A DNA stretch of 55,286 nt, counting the filler, from Sluysia triapertura (taxonomy: Eukaryota): NCBI GenBank assembly GCA_046118255.1. It is 4 parts of 4 records of this genome, joined end to end, with 100 filler letters (N's around TTAATTAATTAA, not from the genome) between each part and the next. Parts side by side here need not be neighbours in the genome. Positions count along the whole stretch, not along the records: positions 11,778 to 26,794 come from JBJNIA010241326.1; positions 26,895 to 39,423 come from JBJNIA010101212.1; 2 more parts are not named here. One strand, written 5' to 3'. The notes beneath the pieces were generated by a model. That model saw only the letters and a list, made by a program, of their open reading frames with translations, made no database searches and was not told the origin of the DNA. A program made the position numbers and the translations under genes. Within the stretch, counting starts at the first letter, position 1. Every line of letters begins with the position of its first letter. Shown here in pieces: positions 26,207 to 39,030 of this stretch.

Positions 26207-26719
26207 ATAATTACTTTTCCATAAGTGAAATATTTACCGAATTTTATATCTTCTAAATTTAGTATGAATTGAAGAGAGAAAGATCCTGAATGTAGCAAAC
26301 AAGTTTTTTTTATAACATTTGATTGTTTTTCTATTATTTTACTCTTTTCTCGCAAAAAAGTTTATTCTTCTAAGGAATACAATGTGTTTTGGTATTAAAT
26401 GAAAGTTCTTGTCATTACTATCTTTAATTTGATATAAAGATCTCTGAAAACTTTCTATTGGTTGACGAATCATCTTTAAAAAACTACCAGATAGGCATCT
26501 CGCCATGGAAGGATTAATAATTGTGCGAATTTTACAAATATTTATTTATTTAATAAATTATTATTTGTGATATTTATTTATTTTTAATATTGATTTATTT
26601 CCTCAAATCCCGGCAACCGGAGTAAAATAAAATTTATATATTAAAAAGGATAATTTTTTATATTTAAAGTTAAACACATTTTTCACACGCTGATAAAACG
26701 GTTCCATTGTATCAAGAAA

Positions 26720-26720
26720 A

Positions 26721-26785
<65 letters not shown>

Positions 26786-26794
26786 TATTATTAT
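26720..26794. repeat. (TAT)n microsatellite at contig end
   Basis: Directly visible. Confidence 0.95.
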
Positions 26795-26894
26795 NNNNNN
26801 NNNNNNNNNNNNNNNNNNNNNNNNNNNNNNNNNNNNNNTTAATTAATTAANNNNNNNNNNNNNNNNNNNNNNNNNNNNNNNNNNNNNNNNNNNN
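26795..26894. other. Artificial contig linker
   Basis: 44N-TTAATTAATTAA-44N. Confidence 0.98.
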
Positions 26895-27048
26895 ACTATT
26901 ATTGTTTCTATACTAACGAATAATAGAATAACAATTGGATATAATTATACCAAAGTGATTTTACCGATGTGGACAAAAGTGCTCCATTTTGTATTAGTAT
27001 TCATAATATTACTACCTATAGTAATTTATTTGTGTTATTTTGTCTCAG

Positions 27049-27377
27049 ACTTCTTGGTGTTCGTAAATATTTATCAGTTGAATTTACTGGAATATATGAT
27101 TATTTAAAAAACACTAAAACCGTCGTGTTACCCTGACTACCAGAAATTGACAGATCTTATAAACGAATCTGATATACGATATCGTGTAAACATTAGAGAA
27201 AGGTTAAATTTATTTGGTGAAGATAAACAAGAGAATCCAGACTTTAAGATAATTTATATAAATAAGCAACAAAAGCATCTTTTGAAACTGGACAATTTAT
27301 TGAGTAATCGAAAATTACAAAATATTCAATTAATTCACGTGGTGATATTAATTTGGAACAAAAAAAGATGTTGCTAA
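27049..27377 (+). pseudogene. C-terminal fragment of a CK1-group (TTBK/CK1-like) kinase, frameshifted
   Basis: After acceptor TCTCAG: LLGVRKYLSVEFTGIYDYLKNTKTVVL / PDYQKLTDLI resembles LPxEF....YL..L.....PDY..L at the end of CK1-group kinase domains. 1-nt shift at ~27132. Confidence 0.45.
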
Positions 27378-27989
27378 CGAAATTGATGTAAATAATTTGG
27401 AAAATAATTATATTCTATCTACATATAGAAATAAAATGAAGGAACTAAATTTATGTGAAGAATTTAATTCATTTCAAAACAAGACTAAGAAACCATCACA
27501 AATCGAAATTTTAACCGCAAATTACGACATAGTAAAAGTGATGTAAAAGATCATATGAAAGTATCAGTCTTAAGTGATAGTACAACTTGCAAATACGTTT
27601 TACCTAAAGATAAAGTACCAAGTCGGTTAATAAACAAAATGATAGAATTATTGGCAAGAAATTCACCAAATATTACTAGAAAATCAAAGATTTAATTTTG
27701 GTTATAGAATCGTGTAAATTATTTTTTATTTTTTTATCTATTTTTTCTACTTATAAAAGTAAGTAGATAAAATTTTTAAATAAAGCAATTTATTAACACC
27801 GTTTAGTTGTTTAATGGGCATAATATCTATTTTTCTTTCAATTATAATGCTCAAAACGAAATGTCTTAATAAAAGTACAAATAAATCATTTTAGTTTCCC
27901 TGTAAGACTTCAAATACCTGAAATTAAAGCATATACAAAAAATTAAAAGATAAAAATATTATAAAATGATCTGATAAATCGATTATGCT

Positions 27990-28383
27990 ATGGAAGTAAA
28001 TCGCTATGTAATTTTAATGCTATTATCAGTATTATTTATAATTATGTGTTTAATCACAAATTTGTCACTTATTTTACTTTTTCCTTCAAGTTATTATAAC
28101 GTTAAATATTACTACGCTACATCTAAATGTTTCTATAAATTTGTAAATGATGCCGTTACGACAAATTTTCAAGTAGCTCAGATCAAAATCAAAGAATTTG
28201 GAAATGATTTAGTAAAGTACAATGACAAAAACTGTTTAGTTCTGGTTAATTCTCAAGCCAATTTTGATATACCATTTGTATTGCATGTTTTAGACTCAAA
28301 AAATGAAATATTAAGAGATTGTTATTGGGTTTTTGATTATTCAATGCTGATTAATCCATTTGGATGGATTTCGTTTCTAACAT
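27990..28383 (+). pseudogene. LPGAT1: Truncated lysophospholipid acyltransferase (LPGAT1-like), 5' part only
   Basis: IKEFGNDL...CLVLVNSQANFDIPFVLHVLDSK...WVFDY...NPFGWIS parallels LPGAT1 E.GEDI...VMLVNHQATGD...LQDK...WLMDH...TNFGIVS. Homology stops at ~28383, where a repeat begins. The NHQxxxD His is replaced by Ser. Confidence 0.65.
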
Positions 28384-28384
28384 T

Positions 28385-28740
28385 TTATGTTTACATTATA
28401 ATCTTTGATTACGGTTATTTATTTTTGCCTGTTGAGTGTTTGTTGTTTATTTTATATTTATCAAAAACATTATATATATTATATTTTTTTACGAATATTT
28501 CGATGTTAATAAATCTTGTTGTTTATTTAAATGTTTTAATTATATATTTGATTTCAATTGTTTTGGGCCTTAAGCCCTCGTTGTTAAAAATAAAATTAAT
28601 GATAATTAATTATTTTAATTTAATTAAAATTCTTTTTGTAAAATTAAATATTAACAAATTAAAAAATAAAATAAAATTCTCATGGCCCTCCACACTTTAA
28701 GCATTATTAGAGTTCGATGTAATAATTTAGTTATTTTCTA
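28385..28740 (-). mobile_element. LINE fragment homologous to 35220-35530
   Basis: Reverse complement shares GTG.GGAGGGC and GGCTTAAGGCC...AACAATTGAAA with 35224-35415. Confidence 0.55.
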
Positions 28741-30299
28741 TTACTTTGTGTGATCTATTTTGTTTCTGTGACCGTATTTATATTATTTACATTGAGTCAT
28801 TAATAAATTTCAATAATAAATTTCGTCAATGATATAATAAATTGTTCAATGATAATTTCATAAATTGCTGATTCTTTGTATTAATATATACAATACTGTT
28901 ATAAATTTGTTAAATGTTATACTATAATTACTATTAAAATTATTACTTATTTTTAATGTTAAATTTATTTATTCATAACATATATTAATTTCATTTTTCA
29001 TTATAAATTTATTTCAACATACTACTTCTAATTTACCTTTATAACGTAACACAGAAACATTTAGTATATGTTATGGATTTGGGTAATTAAATATAGAATT
29101 GTACTCAGATTAAAAATTCAAATTAAATTCAAATTGTTTATTAATAAAACAATTAAAATTGCAAAAATTATTATTAAAATTAAAATCATGATCACCAACA
29201 AAATCACTTAAAAATTCTGTTCAAATTCTTATTATTATTAACTTTACTGATGATAAAACAAAAATAAATGTTAAGGCTTGTATTGAACATTAAGGAGACT
29301 AAATTAATAATTGTAAATATTCTAAAATTTATACAAAAATATTGTCGATTTACATTTGTCCACGTTACAATCCATTCGCGTGATACTAAGTCTAGTTCTA
29401 AAAAGGAAGAATCACAATTAAAAATTTTAAACATTTTATAAATCAAATAATTTACTTTGGAAATCAAATTGTTATTCGATTTGTTTTCCAATTTGCCGTT
29501 ATTAGATGAACTCGTAGTGCTTGATTTTAATTCCAAAGAGGAAATAAGGTCCATAATACGATTAACATTGTTGACGAACATCTAATCATCGTTGGAATTT
29601 TGTTCTAGCATATTTAATGCTTATACCATATCTCAAACAGTGACCATCAATTGACGTCCCATATAGGCAGATACCACATTTGTAATGATCTGGGAAAGAA
29701 AGAAATTGCTTAACTCCTGGATTTTCATACAATAAACTTTTTGTTCGTGTTTGTAATTTATCACTTGTAAAGTAATTACAGCAATTAACTAATTTTAACA
29801 GAGGTGTGAAAATATTTCTTGGATTTTCTAAGTACTAAAATAACAGAACTATAATTAAAATCTTAAACAATTCAAATATGTTGAGAATAAATACAAGAAT
29901 CAGAAAGAAAGTTCGTGTTAATTTTCAAAAGGTATATGTGGATTAAATTTTCAATAATAATGACATTATTATTATTTTATTTTTGGTGACCATTTTATTA
30001 ATTTATTAACTCTATTAACCAGTGATTACCACTATCAATGGTACACTATTGGCTTCTATGTATAAATTCTTGTCACCATTGATAATAGTTTGTCTGTCAA
30101 TCTTATTCATTTTTAATGTTATTAATATTCGTTCAAGCAGAGTAATTATTGTTATTATTTTTATACCTCTGGTTGGACAGCCAATCAGAACGACACAATT
30201 TTTCATAGTTGTAAAAATAAATATTCTATTATTATAAAAATATAGTAACGGGCAGCGTTCTGCCGTAATTCACTCTTCGTTTATTGTAAATTTTCAAAC

Positions 30300-31650
30300 A
30301 TGCTCTCTGTCCATGATGTTCAAATAGAATATTCTATCTATTTATGAAATAAATTCAAAGAATATTGTAAACAAGAGGAAATTAAAGTTGTAAAGTTGTC
30401 AGAAGACGAAAATTTAAATAACGAAAATCTTAAATTAATAATCGAAGAAGAAGAACACCAATTACTATGCTTTTCAAATATTGAATCACATGTTTCAGTA
30501 ATCCAAAGAATAAATTATAAAGAAAACTTTGAATTCATTACTCTACGATTTCATATCGTCACTGATGGCCACAGTGTACGAGTTAACATCATAAAGGATG
30601 AAGGAGTAAATGTGAAAGAAGTCATTTGATTTTTAACTTTTTAATTTTAGATAAAAACAATATTATATATAATCGATGCATCGACCATAAAGATTTAGAT
30701 AGCGGTGTTGCTCATTTTGTTGGAAACAATGTTCTAAGTCTAGATTATAATTTATCAAGTTTATGATATTTTAGAATTTTTCGAAGAGTTGAAACAATTT
30801 AGTTCATATTTCCAAGAAAATTTATCTAAGATCAAACGAAGTGCTTATGTCTAAAAAATATTAGCGGTGAATATATTTTGGTAGAAGCAAATAGAGTCAT
30901 CAAGATAATCATGTATTTGATATTTTTAAAATAAAGTTTGAAGTAAATTTATGTATTTACATTTAATTTGGAGCTGATAGAAAACCATTTTGTTATTTGT
31001 TTGTAAATTTGTTAAAAGTTTTATTTTATTAAAAGTAATTGTTATTAATGAAAACGAATTAAAAATTATCTGTAAAAGTTCTAAATTAAGTAATAATGAC
31101 TGGTCTTTTTATCATTATTTAATTCATAACCACGATCTGAATATTGTATTAATGAATATACAAGATGACTTCATTATGTTGGAAATATAAAAGCGAATCC
31201 AACATGACCGAATACAAGTTTTCCAATCAGAAGATTGGAACCCCTTAAATTTTTCTTTTAGCCGTTCTATAATCATTAATGGATCTTTTTTTAGAGGAGA
31301 ATATAGTTCAAAATAATGTTTCAACTATTGACACTCAAATAAAACAATCAGATCTGGTTGACAAATTAAGCGGAAGCTGTTCAAGACACGGAAATAATTG
31401 CCATACTCACATAACAAAGCTGAATTGTCGGAAAACTTCGCACATCATCATCAAATGATTCAATAATTAATATCTACTTTAAACGAGAAATTCTTCAAGA
31501 ATTTTAATTCTCAAAGTCCAAAAGTAATTATTATTTACTATTATACTTCTATTCTTATAATCAAGTTTAATTATCATCTATTGTTATTTAGAGATTTGAA
31601 TACTTTGATCCCGAAACATGTCAAGTAGAAGATGCTCTATAAACCGATTT
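30300..31650 (+). pseudogene. Multi-exon degraded gene(s) of unknown product
   Basis: Coding-like segments (ORFs 30396-30629 and 30990-31190 and their continuations) separated by short GT..TTTTAG intron-like gaps and interrupted by stops. CCAATCAG upstream at ~30181. Confidence 0.3.
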
Positions 31651-34600
31651 TAAAATTATTATTCTATCAAACTTTAAAAATAAATGTATTAAATATCGAT
31701 TTCTTTACTTATTTAATCAAATATAAACAATGTTTTTCAAGAATAAAATGCAAAAAAATATATTTAAAGTATAAAGATTATAAGGAAATACAATTTAAAC
31801 ATTCGAAAATCTATTTAAGATTTCTTTATTCCAAATTACAATTCTTATTACAACAGTTTTTCATTTAATTACTTTTTCCTAAAAGCATTTAATTCGGTTT
31901 TATTTGAAATCACGACAATTGATAATTATTTGATTTTTATTTTTATAATATAAGGCAAGTTATTATAAAAGTATCTTAAAGTTATTTTTATTTAACGTGT
32001 TATTGTTTGACAGCTGTACTATTAATCTTATTGTTTAAACTATGCTTTTGAATGTTGCAAATTTATTATTCCATTATTTGTTAAATTGAATAAACTAATT
32101 ACGTTGAATTGCATTTAATATAACCATTAATTGTTCTAAGATTTGTTATTATAGAAATGTATAACAATTTTATAAATATATCGAATTTTAAATTTCAAAT
32201 TCTTTTTATAAGTATAGTTCCGGTTTTAAGAAGCCTTTTATTTGTATTAGATGTAAATGAAAGAATTTTTATAGTTGAAAACTTAACACAAATTTAAAAT
32301 TCTTTATAAAGCTTCATAAAAACGCATTGATAATATGAAGCCAAATTTGTGGAAAAAATTAATATTTAATATAAATTTATATATTTGACGGAATTCTGAA
32401 TCAATCAATTAGTTTGTGTCAAATTTAGAATTTATTGGTACCTTTTTGATTCACATGTAGTAAATTATGATACTTTTATAATCTCTGTTTGTACGTATGC
32501 CAACTAACACATATTGAAAATATTTGAAACAAAAATTTATAATAAACATGGACCGTATTCCTCAAGACTCTAACGTTTACTTTTAGGGTTTTTAATTAAT
32601 AATATGACACAAATTAGAGAAAAACCAAATTAAAAATAAGCAGGTAATAAAATTAACAAATAAAAAAATATGATAAAAAAGAAGTTAATAAAATAGTACG
32701 AACTACATTTGGAAACGAAATTAATTCATAAAGTACGGAAAATAAATTTGTATAAAAGTTTGACAAGTTTAATAGATGTGTTATATAGAAATATATTATT
32801 GTTGAATTCAAAAATTCAAGCTTAATAATAATTATTCTTTACAAAACTTAAAATGACTATGGACACTAACGTATTTTATCTTTACTTACAATTAGTGTAA
32901 ATTAAACTTTTCAATTAAAGCTTTATAAAACGTCTTAAAAGAATTTTTAACTTTATCAATATGTATTCTCACTTCGATGTAATTTAAATATCCTCACTTA
33001 TATAAATTATTATTCGTCGATAACAACTTAAACTCTTTATCGTTTGACTATTTAAGTAATGTTTGTTTATTTTATCTAGAAGTGTGAGTTCTGTGACCTG
33101 GAAAATAAGTATTTATTTTATTTTGAGATAAAATTTTATGTTAATTAATGAAAAATACTCAGATTCAACTTTATTCAGAGCTATATTGTTATCAATTATG
33201 AAGTAGTCTTTAGTTTACTTTAAATCGGATTCTGTTTTATCAAAATAACTGTTATTATCAATTATGATTTTAGTCATCCTTTCTTTGGGGCACTATTTCC
33301 AATTACGAAGAGTAAATTCACAAAGATTTATTAACAAATATTTTATACAATAATGACAATAATAGCGAACAAAAATAATCTTTAATAATAAATAAATTCG
33401 TGTTAATAACATATATTTTATACGGAGTTAACAATAAGATTAAACAAAATTTTCTTTAGTTATAATAAATAGTTTAACTTTTTAGGCTGCAAGTATAATA
33501 AATATCACTTACTTTAAATAATCAAAATCACGATAAGTTATAAGTTATATTCTTGAAATCAAAAATCTGATAATTGATTGCAATTTCAATATGATCAATA
33601 TCCTCAACTTCGGGATCCAATTTTAACAATTAATTTAATTTCATCGCGATTTTTTCAAATTTTTCTTCTATACCTTTCTGTACGTTGATTAAGTGCCATG
33701 TATTATTGTGGTATTGTGGTATTTATAACTTGTAGCTAATATTTATATTACATTTTATTATGGTTTAGTTATTTAAATTATATGTTATAATAAATTTTCA
33801 TAATTAGTAATCTTATGTAATAATTATAATTTACAGTAACAATGTTTTAAAAATTCATTACAAGTAATTTAATTTATAGTAATAGTAATTTTATTTAGTA
33901 TAATAATAGTAATATTAATTTTAAATAATATTAATAATTTTGTCAATAATAATAGTAGTGGCATTAAATTTGTCAGTAATAATGATCATAAATAATACTA
34001 ATAAAATTGTTAATAATAATGATAAATATTGTTTTCAGCCTAAATATTCATGTTTTATTAAATTTTGATTACATATAATTTATATTCAATCTCATTTTAA
34101 TATGATTTTTCTTGATTATAATGCTTTTAATTTTGAAATAGTTTTGATATTACATTATTCTTTCTACTCTGCCCAATCTTTAATTTAAGTTAATTTTAAT
34201 CGAAAATAATGTTATTAAATTTTAATTTTTAATTGGACATTAGTTTTTTTAATTTAATTTAATATTTATATTTAAATTTTAAATTTTAAATTTTATATTT
34301 ATATTTTAGTTTTATTAAAATTTAATATAATTTTAACTCATTAGAATTATCTTTAAGTTCTTATAATTTAGTATTACATTGTCTTTATAGAATCTCATTT
34401 TAAAATGACAGTTTGTTTGATTTCAATTTAAACTAGGTACTATTTGTTATTAATCTTATCAAATCACATTTTAAATCTCACTATAAAGCATTATAATCTT
34501 AATGATAATGATTTTAATTTTACTTTGAAATAATTTTATTTTTTAAATTGAATAAATTTTAGATTTACGTTGAAAATTTGAAAATTAAATAATTGAAAAA

Positions 34601-34759
34601 TTAAAATAAAAGGTTGAATATTATGTTACATTATTAATGTTGCGAAAGTTATTATTTTAAAATAACTTAAATACATAAACATTAGCATTAAATATTTCGT
34701 CAAAAAATTTGTTTTAAAAAATAACATAACATTACATATTCTTATCATAGGATTTAAGG

Positions 34760-35530
34760 TTCTCAGATAGTCATTAAAACATTAAGTTAAAACATAAATT
34801 CATTTATTTTAGCACCAAAAAATTTAAAAAATGGCTTATAAATAATAAAAATCTGTCTGCAAAGACATGAAACCAATATACCTGGGACTTCAATGGTTTC
34901 TCTTGTATAATTTTGAAAAACTAAACTTATTAGGTGAAATTAGTTGAAATTAATACACAGATAATGCAATTGCACATAATCTATCAAGAATCAGAATTTC
35001 CTTAGAAAGTAAAGATGATTCTAGTATTATGTCTTTTAAATAAACAGTTTAATTCCATTGGAGGAAATAAAACTGTTATGAAAATGATTAGCTCATAATA
35101 GAATTAAATATAATTGTAGAATTAATCAATAATATTAATAATTAAAATGTTTAGTATAATTATTGAAGTTTGAGGAGAGAATATACATCCATGAAATTAT
35201 GAAGGAACATTAATGAATATGACTGTGCGGAGGGCGAGAAATATTTTAATTTATAGAAATCATTAGCATGAAACATTAACTTGATTAAATAAAATTTATG
35301 AAATTTAAAACTATTTTTCTTATTTTTATTAAAAGTTATTTAACCAAATTATAACACTTTAAAAGTTTTATTTTTATTTTTAAGAACACAGGCTTAAGGC
35401 CTGTAACAATTGAAAATAATAACGAGATTAAAAGATTTAACGAGCTAACAAAATATGTTATTATGTAAAATGTAAAATTTAAGTAACAATAGAATAAATA
35501 TAATAATGTAACTTCGATGAAAACATTGGT
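34760..35530 (+). mobile_element. Degenerate non-LTR retrotransposon (L1/Tx1-like) RT C-terminal region
   Basis: Ordered remnants NGL*I..K (cf. SGLxIN..KS), PIYLGLQW (cf. KYLG), V*GENIHP...TL...CGGR (cf. F.W.G......L......GGLG). Confidence 0.55.
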
Positions 35531-35557
35531 TTTGAGAGTCCTCAGACATCGTATACC

Positions 35558-36083
35558 TCCATAATTATGAGTTTCATAACAATCAAGTATAGATATTTGA
35601 ATACTTTTGGTATCTTTTAATAACAAAATTGGAAATTCAAAAGGAGTAGTCATAAAAATGATTAACATATTTATCGTTACACATTGATGTTTCAGAAAAA
35701 TAGTGCACATGCGCATTTCCACAATTAATGCATGGATAATTCATAAACACAATAACTCCAGCCATACATTTGCTATTAACCAAATCCATAACAATTGATT
35801 CGTCAAGAAAAACTTCCAGTGGTAATATGAAAAAATTTTGTTCCTCTGACAATTGGGACGTTTGAAAAAGCATTTCGAATTTGGAATGTATTACAATTAC
35901 AGAACCTCTGCTTTTACTAAAACAGTTGATTAAACATCCATAATTATACTTCACAGTTAATTTATAAAAACAAATAGAAAATGCTGAACTAGGTATTTCC
36001 AAAAATGCATAGCCGCCAATATATTTATAAACATATAACATTATAAGTACGACAAATACGGTTGTCATTATTTTTATTGACAA
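35558..36083 (-). pseudogene. NCSTN: Nicastrin N-terminal fragment, frameshifted and truncated
   Basis: Signal peptide, then CFYKLTVKYNYGC...GSVIVI...MAGVIV...FSETSMCND / FEFPILLLKD...ILDCYETHN. This parallels nicastrin C.RLLN.T.QIGC...GVIHV...IAGL.V...FSPSVQCPND...FSFPIFLLED...IKQCYQDHN. Frameshift with deletion near 35640; abuts a LINE relic. Confidence 0.75.
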
Positions 36084-36181
36084 CTTATATTTTTTAATGA
36101 TTTTTTAATAACAATATTTAATATATAATTATTATAGTATAATAAATAATAATAGAATAAAACTATATTATTTACAATTAA

Positions 36182-37330
36182 TCACGCTAGGGTCGCTTTT
36201 TGTTTAAAATTCGATTTTGACATGGTTTTCGATTTTGATCCAGAAACAACTTCAAAACCATAATTATATTGCTTAATTTGAACCGATGTCAATGACGCTC
36301 TTGAACATCGAATAGCAGTTTTCAAGTCATCCAGAGTTAAACAGTCTTGGCTATCTGCTTTGTTATTATCTATTCTTAGCAATGAATATTTCACTGCCTC
36401 ATCTGTAATTCCTTTTAAATCTGCACACGAATAATACTGTAACCAATTATTTTGTTCACTTTGTGCTTTTAGAAAACCAATTAATTCAGATTGATCTAAT
36501 GTTATAACTGCAGATTCATAATGTAATAAAAAGAATTTTAATGCATTCATTCTTTCAATTGATGTATTCGGATTGCGACAGGACCCGCGACCACTGATTC
36601 TTCCTGGCCGCAATACAGCAGGGTCAATTAATTCTGGTCTATTGGTAGCAGCAAGAATAAAGACCGAGGTTATTCTTGATTAGAGTTATTTGATTGATTA
36701 AAACTAATTCCATCTAGCTAAATTAACAATTGATTTAAAACTCGATCTGTAACACCTGTACTGTCATGACTACGCCTATTGTGAATACACTTTATAATCA
36801 ATATCATTACCACAGTTTTACATCAATAAAACTTTCTTAATTTGTATCGAAGACGAAGAAAAACTCTGAATCTATATCCATATCTTTCTTTCGGTTGCTT
36901 TCTTAAATTGCCGAGGATCATGAATAATCTTTAGAGTATTAAAACATCATCAACTAACAACCAGTTCTTGAACTGGGATCTAAAGCATCAAACTCGTCAA
37001 AGAAAACAAGACTAGGTTGATTTTTGTACAATATAGAAACAGTATCAAAAATTCTAAAATGTAAAACATGGAAATTCGGTAAGTAATACACTCTGAAAAC
37101 ATTTATCTTGTATATTAAGCAATTTGCTGCATTTAACTTCATTGTTTAGCATACAATAAATAAAATGAACGATGTTCCAAAACATTTTTTTCATCTGAAT
37201 GAAACAGAAAAACACATTTTTCTTCAAAACAAGATTGAGACAAATTTTCACAATTGCTAATATATTTATTAATATTTAAAAGTTTCAAGTTTTCCAGTGG
37301 TATATAACTCCATATTGATTAGATATGTTG
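36182..37330 (-). pseudogene. PEX1: PEX1 peroxisomal AAA-ATPase (D2 domain and C-terminus), disrupted
   Basis: QPSLVFFDEFDAL (Walker B), intron, RSHDSTGVTDRVLNQLLI*LDG, VFILAATNRPELIDPAVLRPGR, ADLKG and terminal QKATLA* (human PEX1 ends QKVTLA). In-frame TAG (36718-20), TAA (36670-72) and a frameshift at ~36664. Confidence 0.85.
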
Positions 37331-37399
37331 TGTCGTATAAGAAAAAATTAAATCAAACAGAGAGATAGATTGATAATAAGGATAAAAGAAATAATAATA

Positions 37400-38010
37400 A
37401 TGATAAGAATCACGTGGTGATTATGTTTATTAATACAGGATTGTTGAAATTTATTAAGAAATTTTATCGTAAAAATTATTGTAAAAGTTATTATAAGAGT
37501 TATTATTTGGTATTTATACTATATAACAATAGTAACTATAATTGTTACACATATTTTAATATGATATGAATCGTAATAATAATAGCGATAGTTGATGATA
37601 ATTAGATGTGATGGTTGTGTCTGTTTTTAAATGAGTTTAGTAGTTTGTTTAATAGTTTGTGTATTTGTGGAGTGTTTTTATGCGATGAAATGTGATGGAT
37701 TTTGTGTGGTGATTTCCCTACAATGGAAAATGTGAATTTCATGTAAAAATTGCTGTAGTTATATAATGTGGACACGTATGTATCAATTTTGTTATGCTTT
37801 TTCTTTATTTAATAAAATGTTTTTTTAGTTTGGTTGATTTGTTATTAATAAAGTTATTAATCTTTGTTAAAGGTATTAAGCCTAAAGTGTTCATTAAATT
37901 TGTTATTTTTAAGTGTACAAAGCCCTCCATAAAATATAAAGATAAAAATATTTTCCTAAGAGTATTAGTGATTGTTTCTTCAATTGTAATGTTTAGAATC
38001 AGTCAATAAC
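37400..38010 (-). mobile_element. LINE-like dispersed repeat fragment(s)
   Basis: Shares ATGCGATGA..TGTGATGG with ~390-407 and (minus strand) TGGAGGGCT / GGCTTAA motifs with the 28385-28740 and 35220-35530 copies. Confidence 0.4.
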
Positions 38011-38029
38011 TACCGATTATATTAGGCCA

Positions 38030-38560
38030 TTCAATTACCAACATAATAACGACGAATGTGCCATTTTATACAATGATTCTGTGTCCACTTTAGCTTCATA
38101 CTGTAAAAATGTTTTTTCACTAAATACTACGGAAAAACATTTTTTGTGACAAGCGCATGTTTTTTAATCGATGAAACTCTTGTTCCATGGAGAGGTAGGT
38201 TTATTTTCCGCCTATCTATACCTAATAAAGGTCGTAAGTATGGAGTTAAACTTTCTAAGTTGTGTACTCCAGAAGGATACAGGGGCAAGTAAAATTTATT
38301 CAGGTAGATATGAGATTTTGATAAAAATTACGGTTTGTGAATTTGTGATGATTTATCCCAAGGACTTATAAATAAAGGTAAAACGTTATTGTGGACAACT
38401 TTTGTACGAGTTATCCGCTAGCATTGGCATTTCTTCGTCAAAATACGCATGGCGTAGGCACTGTAAGAGCACATAAGAAGTTCGTTGTGAAAGCTAAATT
38501 AAAGAAAGGAGAAATGATAGCGAAAGAAAATTAAAATGTTATTGTAGTACTTAACTGGCT
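38030..38560 (+). mobile_element. piggyBac (PGBD4-like) transposase fragment
   Basis: IDETLVPWRGRFIFRLSIPNKGRKYGVKLSKLCTPEGY...KIYSG...VDNFCTSYPLA..L...THGVGTVR...KLKKGE are canonical piggyBac DDD-domain motifs. Frameshifts present. Confidence 0.92.
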
Positions 38561-38589
38561 GAATTTTATTTTATATTTTAAATAAATAT

Positions 38590-39030
38590 TAATATAATTA
38601 AAATAAATTCTATATGTATTTAGAGATTCCTCGTTATTGTTTTAGATTTTAATATTCATATATTTTTAGGGATTCCCATTTATTATTAACTTGTAATATT
38701 CATATAAGATAAATAAATATATTTAAAATTTTTCGTAAGTGATAGTGGCGTCAACCCTGGTTTATGATGGGATAACTGTATTGATATTATTATAAGATTA
38801 CTTTTTTATTTAGTTATTCGTAGTTAAGTTTGTGGTATTTTTGTTAAAGTTTAAACTAATAATAATTTGTATTTAATTTCGTGATTATTAAATTATTCTT
38901 ATTAATTCAAAAACATAATATTTTGATTGAATAAATATCAGAGTAAGAATTATAAGATTTAAGATAATTTATATTTGATTTTGTGATAACAGAATTTATT
39001 GAAACTGTATTTAAAATATTAAATAGACTA
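38590..39030 (-). mobile_element. Dispersed repeat, second copy of the 16340-16850 family
   Basis: Colinear shared sequence blocks with 16540-16850. Confidence 0.5.

Noticed and set aside
30560-30740. SRP-receptor-beta-like similarity (DGH...ILYIIDAS)
   Set aside because: No P-loop or N-terminal TM; similarity too weak to call.
36670-36720. TAG/TAA in PEX1, one at a conserved Gln position (LLxQLDG), suggesting TAR=Gln recoding
   Set aside because: The ERM gene ends at its canonical position with TAA, and the same PEX1 segment also has a frameshift. C-to-T decay in a pseudogene explains it.
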